This document shows, piece by piece, positions 1 through 8,654 of a DNA stretch of 17,155 nucleotides. Below the pieces are notes generated by a model. It saw nothing but the letters and a program-made list of their open reading frames with translations. It was not told the DNA's origin and searched no databases. A program made the position numbers and the translations under genes. How positions within the stretch are numbered: position 1 is the first letter of the stretch; every line of letters starts with the position of its first letter. The DNA is from Candidatus Aenigmatarchaeota archaeon (GTDB lineage Archaea; Aenigmatarchaeota; Aenigmatarchaeia; CG10238-14; SCSR01), in contig JAWADS010000009.1 of the NCBI GenBank assembly GCA_038998625.1, positions 1-17,155 of the forward strand, written 5' to 3'.

Positions 1-1
1 A

Positions 2-64
2 ATAAATGCTTCTATGGAAAATTTAGCAGAAGAAATAGAAAAGATAACTCGAAAAGAACAGTGA
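2..64 (+). CDS. 3' end of an upstream gene (..INASMENLAEEIEKITRKEQ*), probably prefoldin alpha subunit; 5'-truncated by the window
   Basis: Open frame from base 2 to TGA 62-64, ending 4 nt before ftsY, with coiled-coil-like sequence. Identity is inferred only from the common archaeal pfdA-ftsY gene order. Confidence 0.45.
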   Translation: MNASMENLAEEIEKITRKEQ

Positions 65-68
65 AAGT

Positions 69-1043
69 ATGTTTAACTTACTTAAGAAGAAGCTATCAAA
101 TTTAGTTGAAAAAATCTCAAGAAAAACTGAGGAAGAAGAAATAGAAGAAAAAAAGGTAAAGCCTAGTTTAGTAGAAAAACTTTTTAAAAAAATTGCAGTA
201 AAAAAATTGAAGGAAGAAGATATTACTCCTATTCTAGATGAATTTGCTTCGGATTTGATTGAGGCTGATGTAGCTTTAGAAGTGGCTGAAAAAATTGTTA
301 ATGATTTGAAAAAAGATTTAATCGGAAAAGAAGTGAGAAGAGGTAAAGAAGAAGAAATAGTTATAGATAGCTTAAAAAAAAGCTTGCTAAACATTTTATC
401 TGTTCCTGAAATTGATTTAATGAGATTAGTAAAAAATAAAAAGCCTTATGTTATTTTATTTTTAGGTTTTAATGGCTCTGGAAAAACCACTAGCATCGCT
501 AAATTAGGAAAATATTTGATAGATAATGGTTTTTCTTGTGTCTTTGCTGCTGCCGATACTTTTCGAGCTGCTGCTTTGGAACAATTAGAAGAGCATGCAA
601 AAAAAATTGGAGTAAATGTTATTAAACATAGATATGGTGCCGACCCAGCTGCCGTAGTTTATGATGCCATACAACACGCTAAGGCTAAAGGAATCGATTT
701 TGTTTTATGTGATAGTGCTGGTAGAGCCCATACAAACAGAAATTTAATGGAACAAATGAAAAAGATTATTAGAGTAAACAATCCTGATTTAAAAATTTTA
801 GTTATGGATTCTTTAACTGGAAATGATGCAGTTATGCAAGCTAGAATGTTCAATGAAGTAGGAATTGATGCAACAATTTTTACAAAGGTTGATGTTAACG
901 AAAAAGGAGGGGCAATATTATCAGTTACCCATGAATTAAAAAAACCTATTTTATTCCTTGGAGTTGGTCAAAGATATGAAGATTTTATGAAATTTAATGC
1001 AGAAGAATTTGTTGAAAAGTTGTTGGGTGAGTTGAGTGCTTGA
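69..1043 (+). CDS. ftsY: Signal recognition particle receptor FtsY
   Basis: NG-domain SRP GTPase motifs GFNGSGKTTSIAKL, DTFRAAA, DSAGR, TKVD, GVGQ; no M domain; amphipathic N-terminus. Confidence 0.97.
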   Translation: MFNLLKKKLSNLVEKISRKTEEEEIEEKKVKPSLVEKLFKKIAVKKLKEEDITPILDEFASDLIEADVALEVAEKIVNDLKKDLIGKEVRRGKEEEIVIDSLKKSLLNILSVPEIDLMRLVKNKKPYVILFLGFNGSGKTTSIAKLGKYLIDNGFSCVFAAADTFRAAALEQLEEHAKKIGVNVIKHRYGADPAAVVYDAIQHAKAKGIDFVLCDSAGRAHTNRNLMEQMKKIIRVNNPDLKILVMDSLTGNDAVMQARMFNEVGIDATIFTKVDVNEKGGAILSVTHELKKPILFLGVGQRYEDFMKFNAEEFVEKLLGELSA

Positions 1044-2364
1044 TATATTAAGAAAGGGTTTGAGTGATTTAATAAGAAAATTAATTACTAGAACTTCTGT
1101 AGATAAAAAATTAGTAGAAGAAGTTCTCCAAGATTTAAAAAAAGTATTATTAAATTCTGATGTTGATATTAAGCTAACAGAAGAACTTTTGATAAATATA
1201 AGAAGAAAATGCCTAGAGGAAAAAATTCCTCCTGGCTTGACGCTTAGGGAGCATGTCCTAAAAGTAATTTATGATGAATTGGTAAAGCTTTTAGGTGAAA
1301 GGCCAGTTGGCTTATTAGGTAAAAAAAGAATAATGCTAGTGGGCCTCTTTGGCGCGGGAAAGACTGTTACACTAGCAAAATTGGGAAAATATTTTTTAAA
1401 ACAAGGATTGAAACCTGTTCTTGTTGGCCTAGATTATCATAGACCTGCGGCAACAGATCAATTGCTACAGCTAGGGAAACAAGTTGGCATACCTGTTTAT
1501 GTTGAAGAGAGTAAAAATCCTTTTTCTACAGCCAAAAATGCATTGAGAAAATTTGGTAATTACGATGTTTTAATTTTCGACACTGCTGGAAGAAATGCCT
1601 TAGATAAAGAATTGGCAGATGAATTGAAGAAACTAGCAGAAATAATTAAGCCTGATGAAGTTTTGTTAATTATACCTGCAGATTTAGGTAAAGTTGCAAG
1701 AGAACAATCAGAAGAATTTCATAAGTTAGTTGGAATAACAGGAGTTATAATAACAAAAATGGATGGCACGGCAAAGGCAGGAGGGGCTTTAGTTGGAGCT
1801 AGTGTTACAGGAGCAAAAGTAAAATTTATCGGTACTGGTGAACATTTAGATGATTTTGAGGTTTACGATCCACAAAGATTTGTTTCGCGCTTGCTTGGAT
1901 TAGGAGATTTACAAACTTTGCTTGAAAAGGCTAAAGAAGCTGAAATAAAACCAGAAAAAATGGAAAAAATTGTAGAAGGAAAATTTACCTTTCAAGATTT
2001 TTTAGAGCAAATGGAAGCATTGCAAAAAATGGGACCTTTTTCAAAAATATTACAAATGATTCCTGGATTAGGAATGGCAGATATACCAGAAGAATTATCA
2101 GAAATGCAAGAAAGCAAATTCAAGAAATATAAAGCAATAATTCAATCTATGACAAAAGAAGAAAGGGAAAATCCAGATATTATTAACTCCAGTCGTATCG
2201 CACGTATTTCGCGAGGAGCTGGAGTAAAAGAGGTAGATGTAAGGGAACTGTTGAATTTGTACAATCAACTTAAAAAAGTTTCTAAAATGTTAAAGGGGAG
2301 GGGAGAAAAGGATATAATGAATTTAATTAAAAAATTTGGCGGGAAATTGCCTTTCAGCTTTTAA
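1036..2364 (+). CDS. srp54: Signal recognition particle protein SRP54
   Basis: GLFGAGKT, DYHRPAA, DTAGR, TKMDG plus M domain (KMGPFSKILQMIPG; SMTKEERENP; SRIARISRGAG). GTG start preceded by GGGTGA; overlaps ftsY by 8 nt. Confidence 0.97.
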   Translation: MLDILRKGLSDLIRKLITRTSVDKKLVEEVLQDLKKVLLNSDVDIKLTEELLINIRRKCLEEKIPPGLTLREHVLKVIYDELVKLLGERPVGLLGKKRIMLVGLFGAGKTVTLAKLGKYFLKQGLKPVLVGLDYHRPAATDQLLQLGKQVGIPVYVEESKNPFSTAKNALRKFGNYDVLIFDTAGRNALDKELADELKKLAEIIKPDEVLLIIPADLGKVAREQSEEFHKLVGITGVIITKMDGTAKAGGALVGASVTGAKVKFIGTGEHLDDFEVYDPQRFVSRLLGLGDLQTLLEKAKEAEIKPEKMEKIVEGKFTFQDFLEQMEALQKMGPFSKILQMIPGLGMADIPEELSEMQESKFKKYKAIIQSMTKEERENPDIINSSRIARISRGAGVKEVDVRELLNLYNQLKKVSKMLKGRGEKDIMNLIKKFGGKLPFSF

Positions 2365-2415
2365 AATCTAGTTGGGACAATAGAATTTAAATAATAAATT
2401 ATTAAACCAATTGTT

Positions 2416-3651
2416 ATGAAATTCCCCATTGAAATTTTCAAAGAGGAAAAAAATAAAGAAAAGCTAATTGAAGTTTTAAAATTTAATCTTTGTAATAATT
2501 GCCTCGGTCGAGCTTTTGGAATGCTGGGACATGGTTTAAGTAATTATGAGCGGGGAGAAATTTTAAGAAAATTTGCCAGCGAACTTATAAAAAAAGAATT
2601 TAAAGAGCCTAAAGTTTGCGAAATATGCAATAATTTCTTTAAAGAAAAAATTGATTCATTAGTTCATCAAATTGTTAAAAAAGTAGAAAAAATAGAGTTT
2701 GATACATTTTTAATAGGAACCATACTTTCTGATGAATTGGCAAAGAATGAAGAAAAATTATTTGAAAATATTGGTATTGAATTTGTAGAATCAATTAAAT
2801 CTGAAATTAATAGGGAAGTTGGTAAAAGAGTAGAAAAGATATTAAGAAAAAAATTTGACACCAAAAGCCCCGATTTAACACTATTAATTGATTTGGACAC
2901 CGACAACATAAAACTACAAATTAGAAGCCTTTATGTTTATGGAGAGTATAAAAAATTGGTTAGGGGAATTCCACAATCAAAATGGATATGTGGCAATTGT
3001 AAAGGGAAGGGCTGTGTTGAATGTGAAGGTAGGGGAAAACTTTATACAACTTCTGTGCAAGAAGAAATAGAAAAACCTCTTATAAAGAAAACTAAAGCTA
3101 AAAAATCTGCTTTTCATGGCTCAGGAAGAGAAGATATAGATGTGAGAAATTTAGGATGGAGGCCTTTTGTTATTGAATTAATTAAACCTATAAAAAGAAA
3201 AATTAATTTGGAAAAAATTCAAAGAGAAATTAACAAATCAAAAAAAGTGAAAGTAAGGAAATTGAAATTAGTTGATAAATATGTGATTAGGAAGATTAAG
3301 AATGAAAGATGGGATAAAACTTATTTGATTGTGGCAACATTTGAAAAAGATATTGACAGAAAAAAATTGAAACTATTGAAAAACTTGATGTTAGAACCTA
3401 TATCACAAAAAACACCTCTAAGAGTTCTTCATAGAAGGCCTGATAAAATAAGAAAAAGAAAAGTGAAAAGCCTTTCTTACAAAATTTTAAGTAAAAAAAG
3501 ATTGCAATTGAAAATAAGAGCAGAGTCTGGTCTTTATGTTAAAGAATTAATAACAGGGGATGAAGGTAGAACGAAACCTAGCGTAGCTGAAATTTTAGAT
3601 AATAAAGTTAAAAATTTAACAATGGATGTTATAAAAATACATGTTAAATAG
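2416..3651 (+). CDS. pus10: tRNA pseudouridine(54/55) synthase Pus10
   Basis: N-terminal LCNNCLGR...CEIC, THUMP-like region, catalytic SGREDIDV, QKTPLRVLHRR, AESGLYVKELITGDEGRTKPS; upstream of rpl21e as is typical. Confidence 0.95.
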   Translation: MKFPIEIFKEEKNKEKLIEVLKFNLCNNCLGRAFGMLGHGLSNYERGEILRKFASELIKKEFKEPKVCEICNNFFKEKIDSLVHQIVKKVEKIEFDTFLIGTILSDELAKNEEKLFENIGIEFVESIKSEINREVGKRVEKILRKKFDTKSPDLTLLIDLDTDNIKLQIRSLYVYGEYKKLVRGIPQSKWICGNCKGKGCVECEGRGKLYTTSVQEEIEKPLIKKTKAKKSAFHGSGREDIDVRNLGWRPFVIELIKPIKRKINLEKIQREINKSKKVKVRKLKLVDKYVIRKIKNERWDKTYLIVATFEKDIDRKKLKLLKNLMLEPISQKTPLRVLHRRPDKIRKRKVKSLSYKILSKKRLQLKIRAESGLYVKELITGDEGRTKPSVAEILDNKVKNLTMDVIKIHVK

Positions 3652-3659
3652 GGTTTATT

Positions 3660-3944
3660 ATGGTACAAAAGCACAAAGGATTTAGATCAAGAACAAGAGA
3701 AAGGTTAAAGCAAAGGCCCGGATATAGAGCACCTATAACAAAATTTTTACAAGATTTTGACATAGGGCAAAAAGTAGTTATTGCCCCAGAGCCATCTTCG
3801 CAATCAGGAATGCCCCATCCTAGATTTAAAGGAAGAAGCGGAGAAATTATAGGTAAAAGGGGTAGAAGTTATATAGTAAAAGTTGTGGACGGTGATAAAG
3901 TTAAAAAAGTTATAGTTAATCCAGAACATTTGAAGGCTGTATAA
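3660..3944 (+). CDS. rpl21e: 50S ribosomal protein L21e
   Basis: KGFRSRTR, GMPHPRFKGRSG, GRSYIVKV, PEHLK motifs. Confidence 0.96.
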   Translation: MVQKHKGFRSRTRERLKQRPGYRAPITKFLQDFDIGQKVVIAPEPSSQSGMPHPRFKGRSGEIIGKRGRSYIVKVVDGDKVKKVIVNPEHLKAV

Positions 3945-4029
3945 ACTAAAAATCCAAATCCTAACAAAGCTTTATATAAAATAATATAAAGTTAAATTAG
4001 AAAGATTTTGTATGCATGGGGCTATTAAT

Positions 4030-4353
4030 ATGGAAGTGCTTAAAGAAGAATTTATAACAGATGCGGAAGCAAAAGAGATTTTAGAAGCTAGAGGAAAAGA
4101 AACTGAACTAAAATATGAACAAAAAAATGCTTTAGATGTTTTAAGAAAATTCATCAAAATGGATGTAGAAAAAGCAAAAAAATTGGTAGAAGAATTGAAA
4201 AAAATTCCTAATCTAAGGGAAAGGCAAATTGTAGCTATCGTAAACTTTATGCCCCAGGATAGAGATGATTTGAGGGCAATACTACATAAAGAATATACAA
4301 GCTTTTCGGAAGAAGATATCACCCTAATTCTAGAAGCTGTAAAGAAGTTTTAA
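4030..4353 (+). CDS. rpo4: RNA polymerase subunit Rpo4 (RpoF)
   Basis: EEFITDAEAKEIL, LKYEQKNAL, IVNFMPQDRDDLRAIL; sits between rpl21e and DUF655. ATG 4030 preferred over 4012 (G-rich RBS, family-typical length). Confidence 0.9.
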   Translation: MEVLKEEFITDAEAKEILEARGKETELKYEQKNALDVLRKFIKMDVEKAKKLVEELKKIPNLRERQIVAIVNFMPQDRDDLRAILHKEYTSFSEEDITLILEAVKKF

Positions 4354-4370
4354 ATTCAAAGGTGATTTCT

Positions 4371-4919
4371 ATGGTAGCAAAAGATGAATATGTAATAGTC
4401 TTAGATTTTCTTCCTCACGGTAAAGCAGCAGATAGAAGAGCAGAACCCTTAGCCCAAGTTATAGGAGAGCAATATTTCAATTTATTAGAAGTGGTGATAA
4501 AAGAGGGTATCACAGTAAAACCTAAGGATAGATTATATATTGGAGAAGGAAAAAGAGAGCATGTAAAATACATTAGAGGTAGAATTAATTATAAAGATTT
4601 AACCACTTATTCCAAAGGCATTTTAGAAGAAATTCTTAAAGAGCTTGTAGAAAAATTTGAAAAAAAATTTGTTGAATTTTTCAATAAGGCTGGTCCTATT
4701 ACTACTCGCCTACACAGCTTAGAGCTCTTACCTGGAATTGGAAAAAAACATATGTGGGATATTATTTCTGAAAGAAAGAAAAAGCCGTTTGAAAGTTTAA
4801 AGGAAATTCAAGAAAGGATTGAAATGCTTCCGGACCCAAAGAAAATGATAATCAAAAGAATAACTGAAGAGTTGGAAGGTAAAAACAGGCATAGACTTTT
4901 TGTTGCAGGTATTGTATAA
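4371..4919 (+). CDS. DUF655 family predicted RNA-binding protein (HhH motif)
   Basis: DEYVIVLDFLPHG, AQVIGEQYFNLLE, FFNKAGPITTRLHSLELLPGIGKKHMWDI; conserved rpl21e-rpo4-DUF655 order; GGTGA RBS before ATG 4371. Confidence 0.92.
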   Translation: MVAKDEYVIVLDFLPHGKAADRRAEPLAQVIGEQYFNLLEVVIKEGITVKPKDRLYIGEGKREHVKYIRGRINYKDLTTYSKGILEEILKELVEKFEKKFVEFFNKAGPITTRLHSLELLPGIGKKHMWDIISERKKKPFESLKEIQERIEMLPDPKKMIIKRITEELEGKNRHRLFVAGIV

Positions 4920-4937
4920 AAAACGGTCTAAAAATTC

Positions 4938-5177
4938 TCATTTTCTTTTTCTTGAGAAATATAACAGAATTCCGCCAATTAAGAGTAAAACTACTCCTAC
5001 AATAATAAAAAGTATAGCAAAACCTATACCAAGTCCGCCAAGTATGTTGCCGCTTACCTTAGACCTTGTCATTAACCAATAAGCATTATAAATAATAAGC
5101 GTAACTCCTCCCACACTCAGCAAAAAGCCAAAAAATATTTTCAGAATTTGTAAAATTTTTGAAACTGCGGAATGCAT
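4938..5177 (-). CDS. Small membrane protein, 2 predicted TM helices, unknown function
   Basis: Two hydrophobic segments, basic C-terminus (RKRK), GGTGA RBS upstream of ATG. Confidence 0.7.
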   Translation of the reverse strand: MHSAVSKILQILKIFFGFLLSVGGVTLIIYNAYWLMTRSKVSGNILGGLGIGFAILFIIVGVVLLLIGGILLYFSRKRK

Positions 5178-5255
5178 ATCTTCACCGCTTAAAATTAATA
5201 ATAAACATTTTATTAATAGTTTAATTTAAAGATTGCTGTCGCCTAAGTATACAAT

Positions 5256-5326
5256 AAAAAATATATTTCTAAAAATATATATTGAAAAATATATTTTAAA
5301 AAAATTATCATAAAATATATTTTTCA
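5256..5326. repeat. AT-rich array of four AAAATATAT units containing a perfect 16-bp inverted repeat
   Basis: AAAATATAT at 5258, 5272, 5286, 5312; TGAAAAATATATTTTA (5283-5298) and its exact reverse complement TAAAATATATTTTTCA (5311-5326). Confidence 0.75.
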
Positions 5327-5342
5327 GTAGATATTTACAAAA

Positions 5343-5564
5343 TTAAATAAATTCTTCTCTTACATGCTTAATAGCCAAAGCCACAGAAATCCATAGAAGA
5401 CCGCCCATCAAAAATAAAATTAAGGAAATTAAAAAAATGAGAAGACTAGCTGTTCCCTTATAATCTCCCCTACCCAAGTTGCCAGCTATCATAGAGGCAA
5501 AAAGAAGACATAGGGCGCCAATAAACCAAAAGGTGGGAATTTTCCAATTCCGGGCCCTAAACAT
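5343..5564 (-). CDS. Small membrane protein, 2 predicted TM helices, unknown function
   Basis: Two long hydrophobic segments joined by a short polar loop (NLGRGDYKGT); TATA-like element upstream. Confidence 0.7.
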   Translation of the reverse strand: MFRARNWKIPTFWFIGALCLLFASMIAGNLGRGDYKGTASLLIFLISLILFLMGGLLWISVALAIKHVREEFI

Positions 5565-5616
5565 AAAATATTATTGTAAAAAATAAGAGAAAAAGTTTTT
5601 ATTAGATTTTTATATT

Positions 5617-5874
5617 TTATAAACTTCTAGTTACTTCTAAAACTTCTACTTCCCCAACAGACTCTATATTTTTAATTTTATTCTCAATCTTCTCAATTTC
5701 TCCCTCAGCATCCTCCATAAATTTATAAACATTCAAAGCCACAATGCCAAAGGCTATAGGCTTTCTTTCAATCTTTTCTGGTGAAATAGAATTTTTAATT
5801 TGTTCTTCTAATGAATCTAAATTTGTATCTACTGACTTTGGCATAACTCTAAAAATAGCTAATACTTGCGCCAT
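5617..5874 (-). CDS. ef1b: Translation elongation factor aEF-1beta
   Basis: MAQVLAIFRVMPKS, KPIAFGIVAL, IESVGEVEV; 85 aa; directly downstream of the Zn-ribbon gene. Confidence 0.93.
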   Translation of the reverse strand: MAQVLAIFRVMPKSVDTNLDSLEEQIKNSISPEKIERKPIAFGIVALNVYKFMEDAEGEIEKIENKIKNIESVGEVEVLEVTRSL

Positions 5875-5883
5875 AAAAATCCT

Positions 5884-6048
5884 TTATGGACCTGTAAAAA
5901 GACATTTTGAACAAGTATATTTATTACTTAAAGATTTACAAGTGTTACATCTTATGATTTCAACTTCCCCACAATTTGGACATTTAAATCTAACAAAGTT
6001 TCTCTTTGCCGACACTGGCGTTCCACATGTGCTGCACTTTAAAACCAT
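5884..6048 (-). CDS. Small Zn-ribbon protein (HVO_2753 / DUF1610-like), 54 aa; absent from the ORF track
   Basis: Manual translation MVLKCSTCGTPVSAKRNFVRFKCPNCGEVEIIRCNTCKSLSNKYTCSKCLFTGP: four CxxC motifs, FxCPNCG and terminal GP; conserved position upstream of aEF-1beta. Confidence 0.92.
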   Translation of the reverse strand: MVLKCSTCGTPVSAKRNFVRFKCPNCGEVEIIRCNTCKSLSNKYTCSKCLFTGP

Positions 6049-6100
6049 AAAATCACTTTTAGCTTTATTTTATATTTATTTTTAAAAAAAATTTTAAAAA

Positions 6101-6174
6101 GGGCACATAGTATAACCTGGATAGAACACCAGCTTGCGGAGCTGGAAGTCGGGGTTCAAATCCCCGTGTGCCCA
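6101..6174 (+). tRNA. tRNA-Arg(GCG), intronless, CCA not encoded
   Basis: Acceptor GGGCACA/TGTGCCC, anticodon arm CCAGC-TTGCGGA-GCTGG (GCG at 6136-6138), T arm CGGGG-TTCAAAT-CCCCG, A20 Arg identity base. Confidence 0.96.
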
Positions 6175-6196
6175 TTATTGTCGAAAAATAAAAAGG

Positions 6197-7111
6197 TTAA
6201 TTCTTCAATATTATTTTCATAAAATCATAGGCAACTTTAGAATTCTCAAAAACTTTCTTCGCAGTGTTCTCTATTTCCTTCAAATCTTGATATCTTCTGC
6301 TAATGTTAGTTAAAATTAACTCTTTAACTTTAGCTCTTTTTGCGATTTTTCCTGCTTCTTTTACATCAGCATGTGCTTTTCCTTTTACTTCATCAGCTTC
6401 AAGAAAAGTGCCATCATGGATAAGTAAATCTGCATTAAGAGAAATTTTTACAACATTCTCGCAAGGCTTTGTATCACCAGTATAGACAACTTTTAATCCA
6501 ACTCTTTTATTGGCAACATCTTCGATTTTGATCTCCCTTCCTTTGAAATTTGCTATACCCCTTTTCTTCAGTTCTTTTAACCATTTCCCCCTTGGTAAAC
6601 CAAGTTTTTTTAATTTACTTATATCAATATTCCATCTATCCCTTTCTTTCAAGCAGTAAGCAACAGCAGGCACTGTATGCAAAACTGGTATGGATAAGAT
6701 CTCAAAATCTTCTGTCTCATCTATTTTTACTATCTCCTCACCATCAAAAGGTACACTTATAGGTTTAACTGGAAATCTTAACCCAAAATATCCTAAATCG
6801 AGAATATCTGAAACGAATCTTTCGGCTTCAGGACCAAAAATCTTTAACTCTTTTTTTCTTTTTTCTAAATTCATTGTTTGAATTAAACCTATTAGCCCAG
6901 CAAAATGATCAGCATGCCAATGGGTAATAAAAATTTTATCAATATCCATAAAGCTAATTTTTGCTTTTTGTAGTTGTAACTGAGTACCTTCACCACAATC
7001 CAAAAGCAAAGTATCTTTCTGCTTTCCAAAATATTCAATAACTATAGCTGGGTGGTTTCTTTCCTTACTAGGAATAGCTGAGCCTGTACCAAGAAATGTT
7101 ATTACTATCAT
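6197..7111 (-). CDS. rnz: Ribonuclease Z (tRNase Z, short form)
   Basis: FLGTGSAIPSKERN, LLDCGEGTQ, THWHADH, exosite LGLPRGKW, YTGDTKPC, LIHDGTF, AH. Motif V reads LTNISRRY. Confidence 0.95.
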   Translation of the reverse strand: MIVITFLGTGSAIPSKERNHPAIVIEYFGKQKDTLLLDCGEGTQLQLQKAKISFMDIDKIFITHWHADHFAGLIGLIQTMNLEKRKKELKIFGPEAERFVSDILDLGYFGLRFPVKPISVPFDGEEIVKIDETEDFEILSIPVLHTVPAVAYCLKERDRWNIDISKLKKLGLPRGKWLKELKKRGIANFKGREIKIEDVANKRVGLKVVYTGDTKPCENVVKISLNADLLIHDGTFLEADEVKGKAHADVKEAGKIAKRAKVKELILTNISRRYQDLKEIENTAKKVFENSKVAYDFMKIILKN

Positions 7112-7165
7112 AACTTGAAATTAAGTTTTATTATTAAAATAATTTCCAAGCAAAAATACAAATAG

Positions 7166-8599
7166 CTACACAAAACTTTCTTTTTCAAAGTACTTCCTTA
7201 AAAATACTCCAAAACCTTTCTCTTTTTTAAACAGCTTTATGATTTCTCTTGTATCATCAATAACTTTAAATCCCTTTTTACTTATTTCTTTTGCAATTAA
7301 TTCTGGAATGCCTTTTGCTTTGAGAATATCCAAATCTTTATTAAGAGTATCTATCAATTTTTCTTTTGCTGTTAAAAATCTCCTCCTTACTTCAGCCACC
7401 CAAAAATTATCTTCAACATAGGGGCCAGATATGGCAATTTTACTATGTTTTTCCAAAAACCTTTTTGAATCATCTAGATCAAAAATTAGTGGGCCTCTTC
7501 TCTTTTGTATAAAGGGTAGTTCGAAAATTTCCATCTCTAACAAAACTAAAGCAAAATCTTTTTCGTTAGTATAAACATCTTTTCCAAAAACTTTGAATTC
7601 ATATTTAGTTTCTTCTAAGATATTCTTAAGCCTATTGGCGAATTTCCTCAATTGTGGCCAAAGGATATCTGGTACTGTTTTTGGAGGATAAAACTTTATT
7701 ATTAGAATTTGAGTTTTTCTATGCTTTAAATTTTTTATGAATTCCTTCTCAGTTATTGGATTAATTTTTCTTTCAAAGAAAAAATTCTCAGATGGTTTTT
7801 CTAAAAATTGCCTAGCATGTTTTTTAATTTTGAAAAAATTCTCAGAAGAAAGGGCAGAAGAAGTGTTTCTATTCTTATCTGTTGGGTCAATAATAATTAA
7901 TGCTTGGCCCCTGAATTTTTGTCTCAATTGTGGATAATCTTTCTTCTCATAAAAATTCTCTAAATCTATAATTTCACCCGGCATCCAATTTACAATTGCT
8001 TTTAGTGCATCAATAAAATTTTTGTATTTGATTATAAGTAATTCGCAAACATAGCCAGAAAATCCTTGAGTTTTAGCATCAGCTCCATAAGCATTTATAG
8101 CCTTAACAAATTGTTTTAATAACCTTACTTGATCTGATTGCTCTAAGGATAGATGTTCCTCTATATATTTTACATGAAAAGGTGTTCTATCAACAGCAGA
8201 TTTAATTTTCTCTAAAGATTTCAGCTCATAAGCCGGAACAATGTCTACATCAATTCCTTTAATCGAACCGGAAACATAGGGATGTTCTGCATATTCTATT
8301 TTAAACTTTCCTTTGAATTTCTTAATAACCTTTTTCCCTATTTCTAAACCTAACTCTTCCATCTTTTTTTCTTCTAGCTCTTCAGGAAAAAGAATGAATA
8401 TGTCAAACTCTTTTTTATCTGGAAGCCATGTATCTCTTGTTACGCTTCCTGCTAAGATAGCTTTTGCTTGGTATTTCGATGCCAATTTTTTAGTTAATTC
8501 TAGCGAATTCTTTGCTAAATTTTCTAACTCCTTTTTTTCAGTTAATTTTGGCTTAATTTTTTTGAGAACTTTCTGAAGGACTTTTTCATAATCTGGCAT
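7166..8599 (-). CDS. cca: Class I (archaeal) CCA-adding enzyme
   Basis: GSVTRDTWLPDKKEFDIF, YAEHPYV, DVDIVPAY, SAVDRTPFH, GFSGYVCELL, IDPTDKNRN. Confidence 0.96.
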   Translation of the reverse strand: MPDYEKVLQKVLKKIKPKLTEKKELENLAKNSLELTKKLASKYQAKAILAGSVTRDTWLPDKKEFDIFILFPEELEEKKMEELGLEIGKKVIKKFKGKFKIEYAEHPYVSGSIKGIDVDIVPAYELKSLEKIKSAVDRTPFHVKYIEEHLSLEQSDQVRLLKQFVKAINAYGADAKTQGFSGYVCELLIIKYKNFIDALKAIVNWMPGEIIDLENFYEKKDYPQLRQKFRGQALIIIDPTDKNRNTSSALSSENFFKIKKHARQFLEKPSENFFFERKINPITEKEFIKNLKHRKTQILIIKFYPPKTVPDILWPQLRKFANRLKNILEETKYEFKVFGKDVYTNEKDFALVLLEMEIFELPFIQKRRGPLIFDLDDSKRFLEKHSKIAISGPYVEDNFWVAEVRRRFLTAKEKLIDTLNKDLDILKAKGIPELIAKEISKKGFKVIDDTREIIKLFKKEKGFGVFLRKYFEKESFV

Positions 8600-8654
8600 A
8601 ATATAAATTTTCTATTCAAATAATAAAGTGATACATTCGACTAAAAATAATGAT

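Noticed and set aside
23..394. Antisense ORFs in the track over real genes (e.g. 23-394, 659-853, 2667-2909, 3972-4322, 7239-7421, 7737-7937, 8313-8576, 12089-12421, 12935-13126)
   Set aside because: They lie opposite well-supported genes and show the Ser/Phe/Leu-rich composition expected from the reverse complement of Lys/Glu-rich coding sequence.
2980..3040. DnaJ-like CxxCxGxG-CxxCxGxG motif within Pus10
   Set aside because: This Zn-binding insertion is a common feature of many archaeal Pus10 proteins, not a novel fusion.
5256..5326. CRISPR array or replication origin interpretation of the AT-rich repeats
   Set aside because: Units are about 9-14 bp with no unique spacers; no cas or cdc6/orc1 gene and no G-string ORB motif nearby.
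5744..6085. 113-aa plus-strand ORF
   Set aside because: Shadow of aEF-1beta and the Zn-ribbon gene on the minus strand.
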